This document shows positions 1 to 15,059 of a stretch of DNA of 64,000 nucleotides, piece by piece. The notes under the pieces were generated by a model. The model was not told where the DNA came from and searched no databases. It saw nothing but the letters and a program-made list of their open reading frames with translations. Both the position numbers and the translations under genes were made by a program. The stretch comes from Octopus vulgaris (Eukaryota), in NCBI GenBank assembly GCA_951406725.2, contig OX597816.1, positions 89,404,001 to 89,468,000 on the forward strand, read 5' to 3'. The first letter of the stretch is position 1. Every line of letters starts with the position of its first letter.

Positions 1-469
1 AGAAGAAAACACAATAGAAGTAAGGAGAAATGAAAAGAAAAAGAAACGAGAATGACTGAGGCAGTTGTATTCTGTTACAGCACAATTTATCTGTAAGACT
101 TGAAAACGAAAACAAAAATGAAACCCTAGTAAGAAAAATATTGTAAAGATACGTTAAAGAAAACCAAAATTTTAAAGGCGATGTGTAAAATAAATACAGC
201 CAATGAGGAAGAGAAAAGAAATAGACAAGAACAGTTGCAAACGTGATGAGAACAAGGTTATTTGTCAAATACAAGTTGGGTCAGTGATAGAGAATATCAA
301 AACGGCAATCTGTAAACGGAAAACATAATTGAGTAATTATTCCAAGAAATTGCTTTAGGCATAGCAAAATAGCAGAGAAATGTAAGGAAAGAAAAGTAGG
401 AAATATAGTGTTAAAGTTTCTTGTGTATTTCTGGCACATGTATTTCTTTGCCGTGCATTTTTTGTTCAT

Positions 470-870
470 GTTATAGTTGCATGTTGCTGTTGTTTCTTCG
501 TTTCTTGTAATTGTTGTCCTTTTAAACGACGACGAAGATGGTAGTGGTGGTGGTGGTGCTGCTGCTGCTGCTAGTGGTGATGAAAACCAGGTGCGAGACT
601 ACGATGTCGATGATAGTCATTTGTTTATCTCAAGTAGTGGCACTCACAACAACCTCTACTTTATGCAAGACTTCGGAGAGACAGAGAGAGAGAGGCGGGG
701 AGAGAGAGCGAGAGAGAGTCGGTAACAAATGTGGTTTCAGTGTCACGCTAATCAATTTGTTTCCGGTCGGATAGATCATCGCCACTTGGCGGCTATCGCC
801 GGGCAGCAGAGTCTGTTCGATGTTCAGATAAAATGACCACCAAACGGAACCGTTTCGAATGACTTGCTCG
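470..870 (-). promoter_or_regulatory. Possible promoter / 5' leader of a gene running leftwards out of the window
   Basis: Unique, relatively CpG-rich patch (760-860) next to a (GA)n tract and (CAG)(CAC) triplet runs, often seen near transcription starts. No coding homology recognised. Confidence 0.25.
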
Positions 871-1145
871 GTCTGTCAAGATTGAATTTTCGCATTTGTT
901 CTGTATATATTGATTTTCGAACCACAACTACAGAAACTGAACGATTTAAGGAGAAATTTGCTCGAACTGGGACAAGGAGGAGCCATGTTTCCACATGCCA
1001 GCAACATCTCCCTAATTATAGTAGCAGACAACACAGAAGTCAAGATGTTCGACCTTAATCTAAAGGAATACGAGACAATGACAAAAGCAAGGTGACACTT
1101 GGATACGTCGGTGGACTTTGGACCGAACAGATGACCCAGATAAGT

Positions 1146-1388
1146 TACAGTTAAATTCTATATTTAAGAGATGAGGAATTACGTACACTCTTTACATTAT
1201 TTACATTTGACGGGTTATTATTATTATTCAGGTCAATGCCTGGAATCGAACTCGGAATCTTGGGGTTAGTAGCTCGCGCTATTGACCACTATGCCATATG
1301 CTCGTGAGCAATTATGGAGTGATTTATAAGATCTAAAATATCCGTCAAATGTAAATAATGTACATCATCTCTTAAATAAAGAACTGTA
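1146..1388. mobile_element. Palindromic MITE split by a tRNA-derived SINE
   Basis: Arms tatttaagagatga...tacattatttacatttgacgg (to 1213) and ccgtcaaatgtaaataatgta..tcatctcttaaata (from 1342) are reverse complements. Confidence 0.75.
1215..1298 (-). mobile_element. Short tRNA-derived SINE with (AAT)n tail
   Basis: Minus strand ggcatagtggtc (A box)...gagttcgattcc (B box)...aataataataa; no intact cloverleaf. Confidence 0.75.
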
Positions 1389-1939
1389 TTACAGACGTTA
1401 CATATTCCATATGCTACTACCTTATTATTGGTTTCAATAATAGAAGGCCAGTAATGAATAATAATAGAACCCCGAGAACGTAAAGACGGACAAAATGCCG
1501 CTAAGCATTTTGCCCTGTGTGCTAACGATTCTGCCAGCTCGTTGCTTTGTACCGCCTTAATATTGCGTCGTATTCCATTCCTCAAAAGTTCACTTCTTAT
1601 AAAAAGAACCAATTCCACTGGTCAGGTGGTCTTTCTCTGTTGAGAGATTCGACATATCGTAACAGGTAACGCATTGACATGAGCTGAGGTAGTGGCAGCT
1701 ACAAAAATTCCAAGACGGCGAGCAGGCTTAGTTGCTTTTGCCAGACACGAATTTTTTTTTCGAAGTTCGTCTCTTCGCTGAAGTCATTTTGTCAAACGTC
1801 TGAGGTTATTTATTTTCTGTATTGTTTTATTTTTGCAAAACCCTATAATGTGCTCAATTTTTTCTACTGTCCTCACTGTCTTTAAACCTTTGTATTTAAT
1901 AAAGGTCATCATCACCATAAACTTCATCATCTTGATTAA

Positions 1940-2135
1940 AGCTGCGAGGTGGCAAAATTGATAGCACGCCGGACAAAGTGCTTAGCGACATTTCGTTCGT
2001 CTTTACATTTTGAAGTCGACTTTGCGTTTCATCTTTTCGAGAACGGTAAACTAAATACCACTGAAACACTGAGGTCGATGTAATCGACTATGCCTTTCCC
2101 CAAAAATTCAGGCCTTGTGCCTTTAGTAGAAAGGA

Positions 2136-2137
<2 letters not shown>
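1940..2137 (+). mobile_element. Monomer of the same SINE family; further decayed copies near 1460-1560, 2510-2710, 8540-8700, 12300-12470, 31840-32010, 32140-32340, 46080-46250, 47310-47500, 47740-47890, 49050-49220, 56450-56600
   Basis: Shared tagcacgccgg..aaatgcttagcg..atttcg, gtcgactttgcctttcatc and taatcgact..ccccaaaa..ggccttgtgcc blocks. Confidence 0.8.
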
Positions 2138-2167
<30 letters not shown>

Positions 2168-2216
2168 CTTCTTCTTCTTCTTCTTCTTCTTCTTCTTCTT
2201 CTTCTTCTTCTTCTTC

Positions 2217-2265
<49 letters not shown>
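2138..2265. repeat. Compound microsatellite (TTC)n-(TTA)n
   Basis: Directly visible. Confidence 0.98.
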
Positions 2266-2266
<1 letters not shown>

Positions 2267-2506
2267 TGAGTGAGAGAGCAGTGCATGCCATCAATGTGAC
2301 TCCGGGTTAAAATATACGAACCCCAGTATACCCATCATGACTACCCGTCTGATAAAGGTACATCAGGCACATGCATCGCAACCATATGTGCGCGACATGG
2401 TGATCTCATATCAAGCTAAGCAGCGTGAGATCTTGCAGGTTGGGACCAGTTAGAATTTTCTTCACGTCGAGTAGCCCATCCCGCTCAAATGGCCCTTGAA
2501 TAAAGG
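2266..2506 (-). mobile_element. Probable retroposon 3' end terminating in a (TAA)n tract
   Basis: GC-richer block directly abutting (TTA)n at 2224-2265; family not identified. Confidence 0.4.
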
Positions 2507-4309
2507 CTTTGAGCTGACAGGATCGCTACCACACCAAACAAAATGCTAAGCAGTATTTAATCCGGTCTTAGGTTTTGACTTTTAAATTTCACCTTGTAGA
2601 TTTTGCCTTTAATCCTTTCAAGATCAATGAAATAAGTGCTAGTTGAGCACTGATCGACTAGCCCACTCACCAAATATCACTGACCTTGTATCAAGGCTAA
2701 AAACCATTGTTATTATTGACAGAAACCGTAGCGAATAAAAAAAACGTAGCAGAGGCCATATCAAAATGTTTTGATGTATTTAATTATGTTCTGAGTCACC
2801 CGTTACATTAAATTTGAGTATCTTGTGTCTACTAATCTTGCATCATTAAACCAGAAGCCTTACACCATTTAGTTTAATTTCTCTGCTTTTTGATATTCAG
2901 TTATATTTCTGGAATCATCAAACTATGCCCCAGTCTAAAAATTTTGTTCAGTCACCAACATTGTTCGACTGATTGGCCACTGCTATCTAGCATGTTTTCT
3001 AATATCTGATAGCCACATTACACAGCAGCGTTAGCACGACGATCAGCATAAATAATCACATGTCGGAAGCATTAGATATCGTTCACTCGATTAGACACAA
3101 GTTTACATTTCACATTTTCATTATGCCCAACGTTTGAGCCTTCAGTTGAAGTTCAATGGAGCATACTGCTCTAGTTGGAATATATTTGGCTAGTTAGTGC
3201 AATAGCAATCAGAATATAGACGCATAATTCCATTCAAGCCAACTTTTTCAATCATTGGACAGAAAAGTGCCGAGAACTTGATTCTATTTGGAGATCAATG
3301 TGGTTAGAAACTGAGATGAAATAACAACTAAGATATTGAATCCTATCCAAAAGTTAACCGAGCGGAATTTGTTCTTGGAAGATTAAGTGAATTTGGAGGA
3401 TGTTACTTTCTTTAAAAATTCTATCCGTAAGCACTTACTATTCCACAGGAGTCTCGAATTTCTCTGTTTGCTAATGCACATCGGATATAACATTGTGAAA
3501 GAACTACAGTCTATCAACAAATATAATTATAGGCGCTCTATTCTGCTACGCTCTCACAATACTCATATTAACAGAGAAATGCAGTTAGTAGAACTTCAGC
3601 AAAATATGACTGACTTTGTTTTCATAATATATTCTAGATGTTTAAGAGGATAAACTTTAGATCCTTTTTCAGAGAACATAGAAGTTGGAGAGGACAGTCA
3701 GTTCAGAGTACGCCCTAAGGACATCGAAGTGCTATCTGCCACTATACGTTTACGATTACAAGAGGATGAAATTAAATCCACTAATCTGGCGCACGTATAG
3801 TTCTTTGGGCATGTGTTATGTTGCTAGTATGTTTAGGAAGGATCTGGCTGTCAACCAAAATCTTAATGAAGATAATCCTATAACTTGGCTTTGGATAGAA
3901 CAGTCACAGTAATTTACTTTGAGTGCGGAGAATGGTAGAAGAGATCGATAAAACAGATTTTGAACTTGTCAATCAGTGTACTTATAAACGAAAAACTATA
4001 TTTTCATTTATAGTGTGTATAGGCGCGGATATGGGTTTGTCGTTAAGCGGCTTACTTTGAAACTTCATGATTTCGGGTTCAGTCTCGCTGTGTGGCAGCT
4101 TGGGACATGTGATCCTTGTTATAATCTCGATATGTGCCTTATGAAAGAAACTCTGTGGAAGACTACCATATATAAGTGGATCTGTCTATCTTTGTGTTTG
4201 TGTTTTTACCCTACCACTACTTGACAACCGGTGTTGCTTTGTTTACATACCTGTGACCTAGCAATCTAGCAAAGCGGCGATAGAATAAGTACCATACTCG
4301 CAAAACAAA

Positions 4310-5278
4310 ACATAACTGACACGTAACGCCACAACCCTGGCCAAGCACGAATGGTCATTGAAAGACAGTGATACCGAGTACAGCATAAAGTGGAAGATCC
4401 TAAAGAAATGTAACACGTACTTCAATAGCAGCAGGAGGTGCAGATTATGCCTGGCTGAGAAAGGAGCGATTTTAAAGAGCTCCCAGCACCCAGGCGTTTA
4501 CCTGAATAACAGAAGTGAAATGTTTAATCCTAGCCCACATGAAAGGAAGTATATTCTATCATACCTACGTATCTCCTCTTGGCTATAACCACCACTCTTC
4601 CAACTTTAGTCCACCACCAATACCTGGCTGTCTGGCTAAGAATTTGACCAAAACATACACTAACGCACCCACAAACAAACATACATGCCCCATGTCAGCG
4701 TACACCCACCCAATACACTTTCCACCACACCCTACCCCAATATAAGCTCCCCCACATATATATTGCACCACTACATACACTGCATACATATATGTCACAC
4801 GAATTTAGCCAAAACATGAAATAATAGAAACACACTAACGAACACAGACGTGTATGCCCCCACCACACACTCACACAAACAGACATACACCGCAAAGGCT
4901 ATAGATATAGTACCACTATGCACATTCCGTTTCCACAAGAATACCAACCTTAATGACACACACATTTCTCACAAGCTGTTTTCCAGAAACCTCTTGCTGC
5001 CTTACAAAAAAACACCCACTGAGACTGCTTTTGATACCAAGGGACATAACTCTTAACTTAATTTCCTATTCGATTCGTTTCATCTTTTTTCACAGCAACC
5101 ACAAACCAGTTGTATCTTTTCACCTCCAGCAATAGAGAGCAGTCGCCATATTTCATTCCATAACGGTTACCTCTGAAGACCACAGGGTTACATAACTGGA
5201 TTGTTAACTAATATTCCGTTGAACCCCAGTGCGAAACCGATTGATAAAATCGGCTGTAATGGATAATGTACACTTCGA

Positions 5279-5280
<2 letters not shown>
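4310..5280 (+). mobile_element. Older Naiad-type PLE 3' fragment: GIY-YIG C-terminus, C/A-rich 3' UTR, degenerate HHR, (TA)n
   Basis: NATTLAKHEWSLKDSDTEYSIKWKILKKC...CRLCLAEK...LNNRSEMF aligns with KATQLSNHIWSLRDKGVDYNIQWKILARC...CGLCDMER...LNTRTELF of the 58854 ORF. ctgaaga at 5173, gaaa at 5233. Confidence 0.85.
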
Positions 5281-5315
<35 letters not shown>

Positions 5316-5801
5316 TCCTTTCTCTAGCTCTTTTTTCTCCTCTTCACCGTTTTCTATCTATCTTTCACCCTCTATCTCCTTTACTCTCTCTCGTTGCTAC
5401 ACATGACCATGCGTTTTTTCCTGGGGTTTTTGTTCTTTTTTATCTCTTTATTTCTCTTCTAGTATCCAAAGAAAATTATGTTCGAAAAGTTATAACTTTT
5501 ATTCAATAACTTTTATTTCTTGAGCATCAACCGAATATCATCTGGGAACGTTTCGATAACTTTTGTTTTTATTTTTTATTTGTATTTGATTTTTGTCCTC
5601 TCCCTTTCTCTATTTCTGTCTCTCGATATATATATATAGAGAAAGACTGAAACAGTCAGACAGACAGGGATACAGCAGAATGTCGCAGGTATGATTATGT
5701 GGTTAAACAGTTTGCTTTGCAATCATATATTTATGGATTCGATCCGTCTGTATGGCATCTTGGGCAAGTGTCTTTATCATAGCTCGACTCACACCGTGCT
5801 A

Positions 5802-5868
<67 letters not shown>

Positions 5869-6195
5869 CAGCAGCATTGTTTTACGTCGAGTCCCGTCGA
5901 ATCATCGCGGTCCAATTCACTTTTATTCAGAGGACCGTGTCTCACTCTTGCGTTTTACTTCGACATAGTTTCAGCGGTTGGATACCATTCATAACACTAA
6001 CAACTTTACTGAGTGCATTTTGCAGCAGGACCACCACTGGAGATGTTGTCTTCTTATCACCAAAACAAGAGACTATGTTGGATCCATTCGTTCACCACTG
6101 TTGTACATGTTGTTCTTCATTGTGACAACAGCATTGTGATTGGAGTGAGTGCAGAAGGCGTATGAGACAGTATGATTGTATAAAGAGAGGTCTAT

Positions 6196-6630
6196 TATCT
6201 TTTCTACTCTAGGCACAAGGTCCGAAAATTTTGAGGAGGGGGCCAGTCGATTAGATCGACCCCAATACGCAACTGGTACTTAATTTATCGACCTCGACAG
6301 GATGAAAGGCAAAGTCGACCTTAGCGGAATTTGAACTCAAAATGTAAAGACAGACGAAATGCCGATAAATATTTCAGCCGGCGTGATAACGTTTCTTATT
6401 TCTTTATTGCCCACAAGAGGCTAAACATAGAGGGGACAAACAAGGACGGACAAAGGGATTGAGTCGATTATATCGACCCCAGTACGTAACTGGTACTTAC
6501 TTAATCGAGCCCGAAAGGATGAAAGGCAAAGACGACCTCGGCGGAATTTGAACACAGAACGTAGCGGCAGACGAAATACCGCTAAGCATTTCGCCGGGCG
6601 TGCTAACGTTTCTGCCAGCTCTCCGCCTTG
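6196..6630 (-). mobile_element. Dimeric tRNA-derived SINE (Nin-domain-like body) with 12-bp target-site duplication
   Basis: Two tandem bodies with gttcaaattcc B box and ctttgcctttcatcctt core; agagaggtctat at 6184-6195 and 6631-6642. Confidence 0.88.
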
Positions 6631-8243
6631 AGAGAGGTCTATAATGGCAGAGGGTATGAAATGGAATGAGTAGATAGTTGCAGAAATTGACTGTGATAAG
6701 CGTGTGATAGATATTAAAGAATGCTCTTAGGTTGAGGCATTAGTGGTTAGAAGAGCAGATTAATGTTACATGTTAAAAAAGAGTTGAAGTTGTTAAAAGT
6801 GGAAATAACGACGAGGAGGAAGTGCTGGGTACCTTAGGGAGCGATTGTAACTTGCAGTACCTGGTATCGAAAAATGTGTAACAATTATTTATGTAAACAA
6901 TATAAAGAAGTAGAAGAACAGACGAATATAGATGGTGTTAGAAGTATACACACGCGCACACAGACACACATACATACATACATACAGAGTTTATATAGAT
7001 AGAGTTAGGAAGAGAGAGAGAATATGAGAGAGATACAGATGGTGATAGAAAGGATATGTGTGTTTATTATTTGACTACCTCAAAATGAAAGTTTGACATA
7101 AACGAGTGAAAATAAAAGCAATACAAGAGCAAAGTTTTACTCTTTCACCTCCTATTTCAATATTTCTCCTTTACGAAGAGGAAATAAAGAATGAGCTTTG
7201 CTCTGATATGTCAGATATTAGGAGATTGTGCGTTGCGATATGCGCAGATTAGTAATGTTATGTTACATAATTTACTTCACATAAATTGACTGTTGTTGAC
7301 GGCGTGATTTTATTTTTTTTTAATAACCTTCAAATTTCATATATTCCGTTCTGTGACTTTGATGTTGACCACAATATTGCTATTATGACCGCTCTTTAGA
7401 TGTTTGCTAACAAAAGCAATATTTGCGTGGATGAGATTTTAACAACAATATCATAGAGTTTGCGAGCGGTATTTCTGGCGAAGAAGACAAGCTATATCTA
7501 TTAAATGCTATGTATTGCACCACGTAAGCCAGTCAACACATAACCACGGCTTATTTGGGCTCATACATTGTTCTTATACGTGAGTCAATTCCTAGAATGC
7601 ACCAGCCATATATTGAGTCTCTCCCTTCGGACCGCCTGGCGAAATGCTAGTGATTCCATTATCAAAATGCACCTGCTTTGGAAAGTCTTATCCTTAGAGA
7701 TGCGAACCTTTTGAGGTGGGCTCAATCCTCGCTTGGTCCATTAACAGACTTTCGAACTGTTTCTTTGGGTGAGGTTCTATATCATCTCTACTTTATTTGT
7801 TGTTTATACAGGTAGTTTTAATTGGTAAGTAGTTGACAATAGCACTTGTTGGTAGAGATACACATAACAATTTCTGCAAACGGTTTTCCTTTCAGAGCAG
7901 CTATCAATAGATCTCTTTTCTTAGATTTTGAGCAGAAAATCGAGCAGTGAGTAATGATCCAGTGTCATTGACATGTTATATTTAGAAGTCTATTCTCATT
8001 TAAAATATCCACATATTCTGATCGCCCTCTCTCGAGAAGTCAGATTGAAGGTATTACTCACATAACTTTGATAACAAGGAGCACGAGTAGCAGATGCTTT
8101 GAATTTTAATGTTCGTTATGACCGTCTTTTGGTTTTAAAATGTGCTGTAGAAAGAAGATGGTATGTTCGCTCTCTCTCCCTCTCTCGCTCTCTCTCATTC
8201 TCTCACTCTCTCTCTCTCTCTCTCTGTCTCACTCTCTCTCTTA

Positions 8244-8274
<31 letters not shown>

Positions 8275-9649
8275 AGTGAATGGAGGAATATAGATGATGC
8301 GTGTCTTTCCTTTGAAAGATTCATTCTGTTTGCTCTAAATTGACTCATTTATCTTTGGTTAATTAACTTTGGCACTGAATAGCAACCCCTTCGTAAAGCA
8401 TTTTCCTTTGGGAAAACCTATGTTAATGATAGTAAAATTATACTAAGATTGGCAAACCAAAGTAATTTATTTATATAGTTTCTACCATTTCTTTTTCCGG
8501 ATACTGGAAAAAAATTTTAATATTATTAGTACAACCAAGGTAGCTAGCAGACAGATTTGCTAGCACGACGGGCAAAATATTTAGCGGTACCTCGTCCGTG
8601 TTTATGTTCTGAGTTTAAGTATTCTGTCGGTTTTGACTTTATGTAATCGACTTATCTCTTCCCAAAACTTTCTGGCCTTATGCCAACATTGGGAATCAAT
8701 GTTATTAGCGCAACTATAATTAGCTTTCAAAGTTTTTGTTTAAAATTTTAGAGTGCCAGTGACAAATGAATAAGTACCACTTTGTTATGTTAAAGACTGT
8801 TATGATGATGTTATTAGTTAGTCATAAGATAAAATCGAGAGTTAATTTCATATTTTTCGTGTTGTTTCACAAAAATTATTCTCTCTGCGTTGAAATATTC
8901 AGTGATATTCAAAATTCGTCAGCAAATGTTACTTGCTCAAGTCATGATAAATAGTGGGTGTCTACAGAATATATTGGTATATACAAACTATTCAGTGGAC
9001 TTCTTATAAGGGTGTTATTTTCTTCTACCTAAGTCTACTTTTACATATAAAAATATAATTATAGTGATATTTGCAATAACAGTAATTCTTAAATTGAATT
9101 CTTTAAATACATTAAATAAAGCTTTCCAAAGTTGTCTAACTGAAAGCCATTGATATGACCTGGATGAAATTAATTAGCCGATACATCTATAAAGGCTGAA
9201 TTATGCTCCATCTCTTCCAACATTTCTTTCGATTTTTCTTGCTTTCCGCGTTTTTCTTCGCTTTCTCTATACTTCTCTCTTCTATTTTACACTACACCAA
9301 TCTCTGCTATTCTTTCTCTTAAATGTGTATTAAGAAAATAAAAATGCACCTTATATATCTCTATTCTATTCCACCTTATTCAACCCCCAACCACTAAACC
9401 ATACCTTAAAACTGACGCCTGACATGCATTTTTACTTGCATGTATTAATTTGAACGTGTTCCACTGTGTGTTAGGATTATAAGATTTTACAAATCTAGCA
9501 TTCAAAGTTTAGGGATAATAGCTATAGAATTATGGGAAGTTGAGACTGTGAGAAAACGGATGGCAGTTGTGTAAACACAAGTTCTACTCATCATTTGCCA
9601 TTTTATTAAATTTATTCAATCTTATAACTATGATTATCCTTAATTATTA

Positions 9650-10660
9650 TTAACCATGGCGTACAACTACGTCGGCCTAGCAACTTATCCCCTCCACTAA
9701 TACCACCCTTTCTACCAAGTTATTCCTTTTCATGATTACCTTTGCAAATTCCTCTTACCCACATCTCACCTCTCTCATGGCCTCCCCATTCTCACTAGTT
9801 GGGTTCTTTCCCCCTTCTCTCATTTCTCCTCTTCACCTAAAATCATTTACAACTACCCCAATCAATTAGCTACTAACCTATCAATACCTCTCTGCCTGTC
9901 TTTTCACCTCCTATGCAATTTCATACACCACTCCATACCTCAGTACTCCCCCTCCACCACCAACCCACCTTCATTATAGTACTAACCAGTGCTACCCTAA
10001 CCATAGACTCACCCTCCACTCTGTCCACCTCTGTCTTCTCTCATACCTTTCTACATACCTTAGTAATCCTTCCACGACGCTAATTAGACATTTCCCTCCC
10101 TTAAATAATTGCCATCTCTTTTCTCACTGTCTCAACTTCCCATAATTCTATAGCTGATTATTCCTAAACCTTGACAGTTATACACAACCTCAGCAACAAC
10201 TGGCCACCCTTAAATTACTACCTATGGCACCCCTCCCACTCATCTCCCAACTTCCCACCTCTATTACCATCTCCCTTAATACCCTCATTTTAACCCATCT
10301 CCCTCTTCCTGCACGAGTTCTTTTATCTTCTCTCACCATACCCTGTCCTAACACTTCCTATAACCAAACTGACCCTCTTACTTCCTCCCTCTAATACTGC
10401 TTGCTCTCCGCATTTAGTGATTCCACCTTTGAACTTCTCTTGCACCATGACCTGAAATGTAAGATCTTCTCCCTGATGACGAGGGCTCAATTTATCCAAT
10501 GTTGATTGCTTCCAATACGGCGTGCACATTGTGATGAACTATATCTACTAACATTATGATGGATCTTCGAAGCGCTGGAAACAGTTGTTGGACTTATAAT
10601 ACCATATTTCTCTACTGTTTGTACTCTGTATAATTTGGATCTATTAATATAAATATCTAT
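9650..10660 (+). mobile_element. Probable decayed PLE 3' UTR (C-rich) ending in a degenerate HHR (10470-10592)
   Basis: C/T-rich tract like 4600-5150; tcc-ctgatga(10473)...gaaa-cagttg-tt-gga(10592). Confidence 0.45.
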
Positions 10661-10948
10661 ATATTATACTCAGATAGTCATCGTCACGAAATCATCACTC
10701 TTTGCTTTCTCTCATTCTACATGTATACATATATACATATTTTGTATTTCATACCCAAACTGTTATATTTAATATATTTAACTCTTTTATCTGCATAACT
10801 GCCTCCATATCTGCATGAATGAATCCCTCTTCTAGCCATTCTTTACCCCCACGAAATCGATCACCCGAAAAGACATCGGAGTCATAGTTGAATCATTTGA
10901 GCGCTACTAAATGTCTTCTATACTAAGAATCTCTGAATCTCAACTGCT

Positions 10949-10982
<34 letters not shown>

Positions 10983-11024
10983 CTATGCGAGTACATCTCC
11001 GTAATAAATATATATATATATTTA

Positions 11025-11228
11025 TAAAGTTAATCCAAACAAGAAAACACAAAAAAACACAACGCGAGGACGTGGAACAAATATAGTATTATTGGACGCT
11101 CAGGAAAGAAGGAAAGAAGGAGGGTTTAACGTTTCGAGCGGAGCTCTTCGTCGGAAACATAGAAGGAAAGATCCAGAGAAGGGAAGACAGAGGAAAATAA
11201 TCGCCAACGGTACACACGAGGTTACATT
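11025..11228 (-). mobile_element. Short (TA)n-flanked repeat with minimal HHR-like motif at 11124-11158
   Basis: Minus strand gttt-ccgacga-a-gagc-tcc-gctc-gaaa-cg-tt-aaac. Downstream cctgagcgtccaataatac is shared with 17435-17618. Confidence 0.75.
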
Positions 11229-11243
11229 TATATATATATATAT

Positions 11244-11488
11244 AATGAATGCGCCCTTTTAAAGCCAGGCTCATGAGCCTGGTTTCCCGTTTTGAATGGC
11301 GTATATATTCCCTAGCTGGACGGGACGCCAGTCCATCGCAGTGTTACATTTTTGCCAGCTGAGTGGATTAGAGCAACGTGAAATGAAGTGTTTTGCTCAA
11401 GAACACAAAGCGTCGCCCGGTCCAGGAAACGAAACCACAATCTTACGATCATAATACTGACACCCTAATCACTAAGCCACGCGCCTCC
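11244..11488 (-). mobile_element. tRNA-derived SINE, third family; related copy at about 24675-24970
   Basis: Minus strand ggaggcgcgtggcttagtg (A box)...ggtttcgtttcctgg (B box). Block gcaacgtgaaatgaa..tttgctcaagaaca is shared by both copies. Confidence 0.85.
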
Positions 11489-13932
<2,444 letters not shown>

Positions 13933-15059
13933 AAAAGCACGAGACAGAATGTGATATGGAAGATTTATGAGAGAAGCAAATTCGGAAACTGAAAATAGTA
14001 AAAATGTTCATGAATAAAATTACCTCCCCTATTGTACATTCATTAGTTTTAATTTTTCTTTTGTTGTATCTTCCGAATTTTTTTTTTTTTTTTTTTTTTC
14101 GGAGTTTGCAAACGTTGAGCTTTGTGACACACCCTGTATTCTATTAATAATATCGTATTATTTCTGGTTTAATCAATTAATTTAATTATACTTTCATTGA
14201 ATTTATCTAATTTCGAAAGTTTTAAATTTATCAAAATATTAAAAAGACAAGCATTTATCCAACTAAGGACATCTGCTATTTCTGCTTCGATTTTTATGAG
14301 CCGTTGCTCATGTGCAAGTGTGTGTCTGTGTCTGTGTCTATGTGTGTGTATGATTCAGTATACTTTCAAGAGGATTCAGTACACTTTCCGCCTCCACATA
14401 GGTTGTCACTGTAAGACTATCCATGAAACCCCTTTTTGGATGTTGTGGGTTGCCCGATTCCCTTGTTGGTCATTGGGCTTCTTTATCGGCACTATTATGA
14501 AGAGTTCATTCTCATGATGAAAAGGATAGTGGGTAACTGTTCAACCAGATATGATTCCTTTCTCCAGGTCTTGCTGAGTGTTAAAATTCCTGAAAGTCTT
14601 AGACAGGGAAAACAACTCAACTCCGATCGAATTCAGGAGTGAGGGATACCGATATTTCACCATTTTTGTGGCTTATCAACATCACATACATGAATCGGAT
14701 CGGGGATGAATCGAATCACCAATCTCTGGCTATATAAAAATAGCATGAAAATCATTTGCTGACGTGCCACGACAATGCACATGGAAGATTAAATTCAATA
14801 AAGTGTTGTAAACATCATCCACTGCACATACACAATGTATGTGTTTTGTTTGTTCGCCGTAATTCGCTGCGGTATAGCGCTTGGGGACGACTCCCTCATA
14901 ACGCTGGCTGTTGAAATACCTGACAGCCAAAGACAGGTGAGACAACAACATTCTGCACCACGATATAGAAAACGCAGATAAGCTGCAGAAACAGTATTGT
15001 TTAGTCTTCTTTAATCCTCGAGAGGTAAGCTACTTCAATGAAATCAACAACCAATTCAT

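Noticed and set aside
1-469. 62-aa minus-strand ORF whose frame stays open to the window edge after a single TGA (readthrough or Sec?)
   Set aside because: The T-rich strand makes long open frames likely; the peptide is low-complexity F/L/S with no recognisable family or SECIS.
1228-1298. tRNA gene
   Set aside because: A and B boxes are present but acceptor and anticodon stems do not pair and an (AAT)n tail follows; it is a SINE.
1685-1735. let-7-like start tgaggtag
   Set aside because: Only the seed matches and no adequate precursor hairpin forms; expected by chance. The same applies to tgaggcagttgtat at 57-70.
7474-7535. miR-92-like tattgcac
   Set aside because: The upstream arm pairs poorly; not a pre-miRNA.
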